Shown here piece by piece: positions 46,133-56,728 of a stretch of 64,000 nucleotides of DNA (positions are counted from its first letter, which is position 1; every line of letters begins with the position of its first letter). Source of the DNA: Macrostomum lignano (Eukaryota); the NCBI GenBank assembly GCA_002269645.1, contig NIVC01002066.1:143687-207686 (forward strand). Reading direction: 5' to 3'. Made by a program: the position numbers and the translations under genes. The notes under the pieces are model-generated. The model made no database searches. It saw nothing but the letters and a program-made list of their open reading frames with translations, and was not told where the DNA came from.

Positions 46133-46315
46133 TCCGATGGAGAAGAGAGCCTGCAACTCTTCTCTCCGATGGAGAAGAAGGATGGATTCTCTTCTCTCTC
46201 TCTGCAACTCTCCGATGGAGAAGAGTGCCTGCAACTCTTCTCTCCGATGGAGAAGAAGGATGGATTCTCTTCTCTCTCTCTCTGCAACTCTCCGATGGAG
46301 AAGAGAGCCTGCAAC
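46133..46315. repeat. Short tandem duplication upstream of lectin copy D
   Basis: CTCCGATGGAGAAGA blocks are repeated five times in an approximately 80-bp higher-order unit; absent from the copy C upstream region. Confidence 0.7.
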
Positions 46316-46607
46316 TAAAAAGGTCGCACTAAAAGCCATAAAAAATTGCATATTCTATCGTAAGCAAACGATCCTATTCATGAACAGGCGCTGCTTCGGT
46401 TGAATGCTCTCTATAACTAAGTTGACTATTCAAAGCTCTCATTTAATTCAATGCGCACGAAAACAGTGAATTCAATTGTCTGCCAGCCAAGTTTGCGCGG
46501 ATACATAGATGCAATATCTCTCAAGCTTATAAATTAGGATTGCTTCGTGTGCCATGAAAGACACAAATTTCCACGTCTCGTTTGAGTCTCACTGCTAAAG
46601 CTAGACG

Positions 46608-47670
46608 ATGAAAACTTTTACGCTAGTCTTCGGCATCAGCGCTTTGCTTCTAGCCGCCTCACAGCAGGTGGACTGCGTATTCTGTCCGCCAGGATGGCTG
46701 TTGACAACCTCGCGCGGACTGTGCATCGGGACTCCGTCATTCCAAGCCGCTGCAGGCATCCGGGCAGCTACGGCCGCTGATTTCTGCGGCAGAGCCGTCA
46801 GGCAGGCTGGTCTGGCGAGCTCAGCAGCCGACCCGGATGTGCTTCGGTTGGGGCAGAAACTGGCGAAGGGACGGCGACTGTGGGTTTCCGGCTGTTCGAA
46901 GGCTTCGATCGAACGGAATGAGTAAGGCTGCTGTCTAGTGCTGTTTTCGGGGGTTCAGTATTTAGCACGACTGTGCAGTCTCTCACGGCTCATCAGGGGT
47001 TCGATTCCCTTGTAAGCGCTAGCTGGCCTCATAAGTGAAGGTCTCCTGCAAGAAAATGCGATCCCGGGGCTTGTCATACAATCAACGACCATAAGGGCCA
47101 ACCAACCCAGGCACAGAGCGGGTCAGGGTTGCTGCGCACAGTGCCGAAAGTCCCCCTAGACACTTGATTACTATAATATTTTGTCCATCGGTTTCTGTGG
47201 AAAGCTTCTGAGGGTCACCTTTATTGATCAATTAAACGAATCCAAACCGTATAACCTCTCCGAAATGTTGCAATTGTTGCAGTGAAAGTCGTCAGTGCTG
47301 CGCAATCAATCCCGTTGATGGAAAAATCACGCCAACAGCTTGTTCGGAGCTGCTCCCTCCTCTGTGCTCCGCGCCTCCCTTGCTAAGCCGGCAGAAGCGC
47401 CAATACTCTTACTACTACTACTACTTATACTCCGCCACAACGCGTTCACCTTACTACGACTCGTACTATTACTCAAGCGGCGCTTATGTAGGATTGGTTA
47501 TCGGTGTGATTTTGGCAATTTTAGTACCAATAGTGATTGTTGTGCTTGTGATCTGGTGCTGCTGCAAGTGCTGCAAAAGCAAGACGGTTGTCGTAAATCC
47601 AGTTCGTCAGCCTCAGCCTATGGGTATGGGAGTGAACATTGTGAATGTTCAGAATATGCAGCACCACTGA
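46608..47670 (+). CDS. Lectin-TM copy D (233 aa)
   Basis: Exons 46608-46921 and 47283-47670. RQKR-QYSYYYYYLYSATTRSPYYDSYYYSSGAY, TM, WCCCKCCK, tail ending NMQHH. Confidence 0.85.
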
Positions 47671-49651
47671 TTGAGGACTGCTAGCTAGACTGTTACTTTT
47701 GTAGCAATTGATACACTCAAACTTTATGAATTTCCGTATAATTCAACAAAAAACCTAGCTTTTAGCGCCACTGCAAAGTGACAGGACCTGGTGTACCATG
47801 TACTTACTGCATGTACACATTTAGATTTGGTAAATATATTAATAATTGTTTATTTTTAACTGTAACGAATTTTATTCAAAGTTCTTATATTACAGCGCTT
47901 TTGAAAGTTTCAATTTATAAACCAAACGCTGATTATTTAAATAACTTCTGTATCACTTATAGTGTTTCAAAACTATATTGTAGTTCACCATTTTTACTCA
48001 TGCAGTTTTACTCATAGAGCAAAAAATAGCGTCTTTGAAATAATGCTGCAGTATCATGAGATATAAAATATAAACACTTCTATTTTGTTTTTTTTTCACC
48101 AAGGAAAACTTGGTAATTCATATTCGATACAGCTAGTGTAAATCTTTTGAAAGCACCTCCGGTTTCCGGTTTTGTAAGTGAATGGAGAGCGGCGATCAGT
48201 GAAAGAATGTTAATTAAGTGCACAAAATTTTGGCGTTCACAAAACAAAGTTCTGTGCTCTAAGATTTTTTAAAATTTACGGCTAATATAAAATGTGAAAA
48301 AGAATTCGTACACACTGTGCATAAAACTTACTAATGACAGTAGCGCAAGCGCCGCGATTAAGCCGCGCGGCCCCGCGCAACCCCTTTGTAATTAAGAATT
48401 AACCACAAGGACTAACCGGCCCCGTATAGTAGGTGTTTAGGAGACGTGTCATGCCTTTTTAAATCAAGGGTATAAGGTGACGTGATGCACTTCGATCCTC
48501 TCCTACATGTATATGCCGTACAGGGAAAGACAAATGGGAGGATCAAACCACTTTGCGACCAGATATCTCTGCTGCTAGAGCCTTATGGCAGTTTAGACCA
48601 TTGATGAAGGAATAGAATTCTATTCCAGCTTCATCCATGGTTTAGACCCAAAAAGGAATAAATAGTTTCCGGGTCCTTCTTCTTAGGACCTTGCACATTC
48701 CCTAGCTGAGGTCGCGTTACTGATAAGTGAGATCCAGGGGACGGATATTCCGACTTTTTCTGTTCATGTTTGGACATTGCAGCTAGATGTAGCAGGCCGA
48801 CCTGATCTACATATATACATCAAGGGACAACTGAAGTTACGTTATATATAGGATGCGACACTCAGCTTTCGTGGAAATTTTTTGGAGGCCCGTAAGCCGT
48901 ACAAAGTTCTACGTACATAAGCTTAGGATTCGACCGCTACCAACGAAGTGCCTATCAACAATGTACAAGGAATATCTAGGCAATTGGCAAACATTTTTCT
49001 AAAAGGACTAGTACGGAGAGAATCAGCCATCTGTCGTGATGCTCCAAATCCTCAAAATCGTAGGCTGCGAAAGCTTAGATTAGCTTTCTACGTGCAACTA
49101 TTCGAAAATTACATACATGTGATCGAAGACCAGGCCTCCAATAAAAGTTACACGATACGCGAGTGTTGCGTCCTACTACTTCAGTTGTCCTTGATATACG
49201 TCTAACTGCCCAGCGATCCTTGGCGAGAGACCGTGAGATCATTGCCCAACCAACAAGCTAGGATAATACATGTACTGTACGTAGATATCACTGTGTGACG
49301 AATTTGAGAATTCAAGAAGTTCATAATTTAAATTTAACATCAGGGTTTTAGCTAAAAGGCTTGTTTTAACAACAATAACTATAGTTTTAAAGGTTTTTTG
49401 GTAAGAATTTATTAGTTAGTGTTAAGTACGTACAATATTTAAAAACAGACTTATTGAACTTTAATAAATAGTTTTATTTTTTAGTAAATTAGCTACTTTT
49501 TAAATCAACTTTCATGACACTTTCTGTCAATTTACCTAGTGTTAAATTCATTCAAGTAGCGTATCGTCTCAATTCAATGTTGTGTTGAAGGTTGAAGCCT
49601 GCCCATTTTGTCCAAGCAAAAGCATGGACATGAAAGTAAAATATATTTTAG

Positions 49652-49761
49652 GGCTATCCTGTAGTTTCGCACGTTTAATTATAACCCCCCCCCCACCACC
49701 CTTGAATAGAGGGCGAAATAATTCCGTAAAATAATTTAACGTGCGAAACTACAGGATAGCC
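49652..49761. mobile_element. 110-bp MITE (Merlin- or hAT-like)
   Basis: 24-bp perfect TIR GGCTATCCTGTAGTTTCGCACGTT; 8-bp TSD TATTTTAG at 49644-49651 and 49762-49769. Confidence 0.85.
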
Positions 49762-49815
49762 TATTTTAGTCATACCGAAATTTATATATTTGGTAGAAAT
49801 TTTCTTGGATTTATG

Positions 49816-51098
49816 CAGGGTTTTTTTTGTGCGCAGAGTGTGTGTATGCACCCTAAATTTTAAAATCGCACCCTGAAATTAAAAAAGTAGGTGCGGTTTA
49901 GGTGCGGTCTTATAACCATTTTTCTTTAAGGCAGTGCTTATCCCCACGGTACCGTAGGAATAATTTCTGTCTTATTCCAACGGTACCGTGGGGATAATTT
50001 TCTGCTTATCCGCACGGCACACTGACGAGATAGCTGCCCCATCTTCTGCATATGCCGTGGGTTCATAATTTAGTTTAGTACTTACGGTTTGAGTGCAGTA
50101 TAACAACATGACTTTGCTTGGCCATTATTTTCATAGAAGTAAAGATTTAATGGCCTTTTTACGCAAAAAACACTTTTTTGTATTTATGATGTATGATTTA
50201 AGATGAATTGCTCTAGTAATTGTTTACAATTTAAGAACTTTTAGCAACCAACTAGTATTTAATCCCGACATCCCCGAAAAGTCCATTGCCGCTGCTTCTG
50301 TAGACTTCTTACTAGACATGTAAATTCTCAATTTGTTTGTATAGATTATTGCATTGCTTCAACAATTCACCCGTGCGGATAAGCAGAAAATTATTCCCAC
50401 GGCATATGCAGAAGATGGGGCAGCTATCTCGTCATACATGTGCAACCTCCAAAATTCGGTCAGCCGTGCGACTTAGTTTTAACAAAAATGCGACGTAGTT
50501 TTTGGCCAAAAATGCGACTTACATATAAAAAAACCCGAAAGCAAAATTAACGCAACTTTGGGTAAACGGCAGGAGTAACTATGACTGTTTTATTAAGCTA
50601 AAATGCCTCGTCAGCTACTTAGTACTACTCCTCAGGTTATTTTTTGGGTGGGCATTTTTGCGACTTCCTTGATTGGCCGCCAAATCGGTCGGCCGGATCG
50701 GCCGACTCGGCCGACTGTTGCGCATGTATGTATCTCGTCAATGTGCCGTGCGGATAAGCAGAAAATTATCCCCACGGTACCGTTGGAATAAGACAGAAAT
50801 TATTCCTACGGTACCGTGGGGATAAGCACTGCCTTTCTTTAAAGGCTTAACCATGCTTAAGCTATTTTTCATGCACTGCCTTAAAATATGAAACAAAATA
50901 ACTCTTTAAATTCTATTAAGTCATATAGGCGATATAGCCTATGCCATTGCTATAGCCTTATGTAAGATATTAAAATATACATTCCCAGTTGTCTGAAACA
51001 AGACTCAAAGAGAAATTGCACTCTGAGCCTTAAAATCGCACCTTGAAATTTAGCACAAGGTGCGATTTCGCACCTTGTCTCTGGCGAAAAAAACCCAG
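49816..51098. mobile_element. hAT-like MITE hosting a nested MULE
   Basis: Ends CAGGGTTTTTTT / AAAAAAACCCAG; 8-bp TSD GATTTATG at 49808-49815 and 51099-51106. Confidence 0.75.
49930..50833. mobile_element. Non-autonomous Mutator-like (MULE) element, 904 bp
   Basis: 103-bp TIRs (49930-50032 and 50731-50833, 1 mismatch) starting GGCAGTG; 9-bp TSD TTTCTTTAA at 49921-49929 and 50834-50842. Confidence 0.9.
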
Positions 51099-51797
51099 GA
51101 TTTATGGGCCTATCATTATACCTTTTAAACTTTGTCCAACTCGGAATATTCCAACCATTATTCCGACTTGTAATGTGGTTAAATTACAAGTCGAAATAAT
51201 GGTTAGAATATTCCGACTGATTAAGCCCTATTAAACACTATTGCTAGAGTCTAAATATATCATTCTGACTCTTATTTTGACTGATTATTTAATACATTGC
51301 AAGAGTCTAAACCTAAATATCATTCCAACTCTTATACTGATTGATTATTAAATACATATTGCAAGAGTCTAAATATCATTCTGACTGTTGAATGCACAAT
51401 TTTTTACATTTACTTTGACAAAATATGCACAGAATAAAGCAAACTTTTAAATAATGTTAGCCCAAAATTTTAAACTAAACTAAAATAAATTAAATTATGG
51501 GTTGGATTAGGAGTTAGTTAGTTGCTGTCTTGGGATGATTTCTTTTTGCATTGCACTTTATTTGAGTATTTTGTGTTTTCTTTGTAAAGGCTTAATTTGG
51601 CTATCTTTTTGTTACTTGTAGAGAACAGAGATTCTATACAGATGTCCCCCAACGGGGGGCGAAGATTGCTAATGGAAATCTAATTTCAATCCATCACTTA
51701 GTCTTTTAAATTTGGTACCCTATTGGAATAAATGTTAAAAACCCGCGGACGTGCACTTTAGAAAAGAGTCAAACTATTTTACCGCGCTTTAGGATTA

Positions 51798-52110
51798 TTA
51801 GAGATGTTCCAAAAGATCTGCAGTTTCGTCGAAATCAAAATTTGCTAACTTTCCAAAATCAAAATTGAAATTTCCCGAAATCATAATTCAGAAAAACAAA
51901 GTTTAGTATGATCAACACTCACTTTTTTACTTTCAATTTACTGCTTAAGCAAAAAGTAATACATGTATATGTAGTAGAAAGTAGTTTATTTTTAGCGACT
52001 CTTTAGACACTACTAAAATTTTCACTTCTAAATTTTTTTCTAAATTGAAATTCGCTCTAAAAAATTTCAAATTTTAGAAAATTGAAATTGAATTCTCGGA
52101 ACATCTCTAA
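51798..52110. mobile_element. Possible old hAT-like MITE
   Basis: 13-bp inverted ends TTAGAGATGTTCC / GGAACATCTCTAA; the TSD is only partly conserved. Confidence 0.45.
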
Positions 52111-52589
52111 GCTTAATAAATTACAAGTGTATAAGCCCCTTCAACAGGGGTATTATACCCATTTCCATGTATATGTATTTGCTAGAGCAGCAGCCAGTAA
52201 GAAAGGGTAGCGCGCGCAGGCGATGCGCCTGTGCGCGCGTTGCGCTTTAGAAAAATTTCAAAAGTGCACCGGACACCGTCCGCGGTTTTAAAACTTTTTC
52301 CTATAGGGATTTGGTAAATCAATTTTCAATTAAAATTTAATGTAAAGCAATCATTTTAATAGATTGAATACAATAATAATTTTTTTTGACTTTTTACATG
52401 CAAAACTATTTATAGTTTTACATTTTCTTAAACATCAATTCTTTCTTCACTTTTAAAAATCACCTTACTGATATAAAATTGTCATGGACAATGATATTTG
52501 CTATGAATCTCTTTTTTTCTAAAATTAACAAACAAAGAACAAATACAGCTTTCACAAAGATGACAGACATTCTCCCTAAAAAGAAAATA

Positions 52590-54400
52590 TTTCCAAGATA
52601 GCAAGCATCCCCCAGATCGCAAGCACCCCCCTCTAAAAGTAAGCAACTACAGATAGCAAGCATCCCCTAATACTCAAGCAAGCATCTCCCTAGATAGAAG
52701 CATCCACCCAGATAGAAGCATCCACCCAGATAGCAAGAATCCTATACATGTAGCCAAGCTTAGCAAGCGTAGTAATCCTTGGTTTATCAAGCATCCTTGG
52801 TTTGCCAAGTGCAATAATCCTTGGTTTATCAAGTGTAGAAATCTCAGCAATTTCCTTAATAAGCCTCGACATTGCAGCAATTATACTTCAGCCTTGACAT
52901 ATTCGCAATTCTCCCCATCCAGAAAGCCTTGAAATCCCAACAACCCAACTCCCCTCCCCCCAACAATTCAGTCATCTCCCATGAATCTTGATATCTCAAC
53001 AATTCAGCCATCCCCCATGAGCCTGAGCCTTGATACCTCAGCAATTCTCATAGTAGGCCTTGATATCTCAGAAATTCCCTCAGTAAGCATCAACATCGCA
53101 GCAATTAAACTCAAGCCTTGACAGCTGCGCAGTTCTTCCAGTCCAGTAAGCCTTGACATCTCAGCGATTCCCCCAGTAAGCCTTGGCATCTCAGCAATCC
53201 CCCCAGTAAGCCTTGGCATCTAAAACATTTCCTCAGTAAACCTTGGCATCTCAGCACTTCTCCCAGTAAGCCTTGACATCTCAGAAATTTCCTCAGTAAG
53301 CCTTGACATCTTAGCAATTCCCCCAGTAAGCCTTGGTATCTTAAGCAATTCCCCCAGTAAACCTTGACATCTATCTGCAAATGCCAAAGCATTTATCTGT
53401 AAGTAATTCACCCCATAAGCCTTTAATCTTAGCGATTCCACTAGAAATCCTTTATGGCTGATACGACAATTGTTCTATAATTGAACCCAAACCCTAACCA
53501 TAACCCTTAACCTGCAGTCAAGTCACAGCATTTCAGCAATTCCCTCTCAGCCCAAGAATTTCAGCAATTCCACCATGAGCTTTTGAAATCTAAAACTTTC
53601 CCCAATGAGCCTTAAAATTTAGCGACTAACCTATCTTGGCAATTCCACATGAGTCTTATGGTTGAAAACTAACCCTAGCCCTGCCAAGTCATAGCGTTTC
53701 AATAAGTCCAACCATGAACCATATTACTTCAACAATTACCCTAGACAATTCTTGAATTTCAGCTATTCCCATATGAGCCTTTGACATCTCAGCCAGTCTT
53801 ATGTAAACCTTAGCATCTCAGCAATACCCAAAGAGCCACAGTCTACAGCATTACAGGGATCCCCCGTGAGCGTTGACATTTCAGTGATTCCATAATGAGC
53901 CTTGATATCTCAGAAATATCTCAGAAACTCCTAGTTGAGCCACAAAATTTAGGCAATACTCGTATCCCCAAGTATAGCAATCACTGCAATTTCCCCCGAG
54001 CCTTGAGCCAAAGTATAATCCAGATATCTTCCATTAGCTGTGACATTCCTCGATGAGTCTTTAATGTTTGACAGGCCAATTCATTTATGGTTTAACCCTT
54101 ACCTTACCCTAACAATCTCGGCCATTCCCCAACAGCCACAGCATTCCAGTAATTATCCCCATGAGCTTTGACAGCAAAGCAATTTTCCAATGAGCCTTTA
54201 TAACTCAGCAATTTCACAAATGAAACTTGAAATCAAAGCAATTCTCCCCAGAATCAAATCATTAAATAGCAATTCCCCCGTAAGCCTTGAGATCTTAGAA
54301 ATTCTCCCATGAGTCTTGACATCAAAGCAATTTCCCATACCAGCCCTGACATCTTAGCAATTCCCATTGAGTCTTTTATGCTCGACAGACCACTTCTTTT
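52590..54400. repeat. Degenerate minisatellite block (18-bp AGATAGCAAGCATCCCCC units, then 30-bp AGCCTTGACATCTCAGCAATTCCCCCAGTA units)
   Basis: Clear 30-bp periodicity at 53120-53370, decaying on both sides. Confidence 0.8.
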
Positions 54401-55639
54401 ATGGTAGATATGGTGATTCTTTTTTCGCTTTTACTTGCGTTGAGTTTTCTTCTGTTCACAGTAGAATTTATTTAAAAAATTACAGTGGTTCACCATCACT
54501 TTAGCAATGGTTCAACAGCAGTTTGGTAATAGTTCACCAGCACTGTTCTACAAAATCTGCAAGCAGATGGCCACTGATCTTCATATGCTTCTCAATAATT
54601 GAAACCATTTGAAATGTTTGCAACTTGCAGTTTAAATTTGATTTGCAATCCTCTTACATATTTATTACTTCATTGTATGTCAGATTAGCACTGCTCACCC
54701 AGATTAGCAATACCCTCTTTAAATTAGCACTTACAGCAGATTAGCACTGCTCTAGAAGACTAACACAGCCCCCCAGCAACAAAAGTATTTAAATTTAAAT
54801 GTTCAACATCTTCATGAATCTGCATAGGATACAATCATTATTGTCACAGGTCACAAAGATAAATTCTTTGCTTCAATGCAGACTCAAACTGCTGACATTC
54901 TGCTTAACTTCTGCCTGATACTACCTGCCTACTGCGGCTATTGTGCCTATTGACAGGTGGTCGAAATAATCTAGTTATTAACTTTAGCAGTTTGAACCTA
55001 ACCCCCAGAAATCGACATTTATCCCCACAACAACCTGAAATTATCCCTTCATCCAATCTTGCACAATAGACTGCAGTCATTCCTTAGCAGCCGGCATTCA
55101 TCATCCACTTTTCATTCTACAACTTTTATTAAAATGAAGCATGTATACCCTCAGCGGCATAGAATTGTCCCCTTAGCAAAAATATTTCACTTAGCAGCCC
55201 ACGGTAATCCCCTCAACAACTTGTACTTAATTTCCACAGTTATTATCTACTCAAAACTCAATAGTTAGTTATTAGCCTCAGAAGTCTGCCATTTTCTCCC
55301 AATTAGTCGGCAGTTTTCCCTCTCAGCAGTCTGCTGCTATATGCATATAAGCAATACCTTCAGCAGTTTCTTTTTCAGAACCGTCTGCAGTTTAGCAATT
55401 TCATAATTTCATGGAACTATGCCATATACCCATTGATGGGATCAGTGCGCTCATAATACATGTACTCAAAGCAGTTTTTACAAATCAAATTTGCTTAGCA
55501 ACTTGTGCCAAATAGCAAAAATAGTTCATTAAGTTATATCTAATATAACCAATCCGCCTTGTTAATTAAGCATAAAAGTTCCAATTAGTCAAAGCGCAAG
55601 CTAAAATGAAATAATTAGTTCAATTTTAATTGTCCGCTG

Positions 55640-55716
55640 CGAGGCAGACTCGAACCTAGGACCTTACGCTTATCCTAAACCTGTTCCTAGTGCCTACAGT
55701 GCGGCTACTCCGCCTA
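55640..55716 (-). mobile_element. Degenerate tRNA-derived SINE head
   Basis: Minus strand GGCGGAGTAGCCGCACTG...AGGTTCGAGTCT (A-box-like and B-box-like); no proper cloverleaf. Confidence 0.4.
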
Positions 55717-56728
55717 TTGATCGGAAGGTGACAAAATCAGCCATATATGCTTTGGCACTCCACGGGTTGCATGCAGGCAGAGCCAATGCGCAGTTAAGTG
55801 AAATCTATAAATTAGATTTAAGTCTGGAGGAACTACTTTACAGTCTGCAGTTTGTCCCCTTTGCAGACTTCAATGATCCCTTTGACAATATGCAGTTCCC
55901 CTCAGCAATCTGCAGTCATTTCATTTGCAGTCTACAACTGTTTCATTAACAATTCTCACTTATCCCCTCAGCACTCTCTGCAGTTCTTCCTTTAGCATTG
56001 AAGCAGATACAAGAAATTTTAACTGTCTTCTTTCCAGACAATTTTGCATCTTTTGGCGAAAATGCGATCAAAATCGGTCAAGAATTGCAATCTCTGGAGC
56101 GTTATGGACATTCAAGCATACAAACAAATATGAGAGATATAGTATATTTAGATTGAATAGATTAGATAGAAGATAGAAGATTAAATCTCTAATCTAATCT
56201 TAGATCTAATCTAATCTATTCAGATTAGATTTTGAATCTTTAAGCAAAAACACGATCAAAATCGGTCAAGAATTGCAATCTCTAGGGCGTTATTGACATA
56301 CATACCTTAGAGACTTAGTATATTTAGATATATTAGAAAGATAGAAGATAGATAGATAGAAGATTAGATTAGATTAGAAGATTAGAAGAAGAAAGATAGA
56401 TTAGATAGATAGAAGATAGATACATAGAAGAAAGATTAGATAGAGATTTAGTATATTAGATTTAGTATATTTAGAAGATTAGAAGATGTATGGATGGAAT
56501 GGAGGATAGATGGATTTTTGTCTATAGTAAAGAAATGCAAAATTATTTTGAAAATATTACCATTGAAAGATAAATAATTGCTTAAAAGTTATAAAAAGTC
56601 ATCCAAGAGTAAATTTATGCTTTACTTTCTATTAACTCAAGTATGAATGAACTAAATAGAAATCCTATTCTTTAGTCTATTTAACTTCACTTTCAGCACT
56701 AGCCACAGCACCAGAATCCCTAGTTACC

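Noticed and set aside
52674-53441. GLLxELLRCQ repeat ORFs (LRR-like look)
   Set aside because: Derived from the 30-bp satellite; frequent stops and no LxxLxLxxN pattern.
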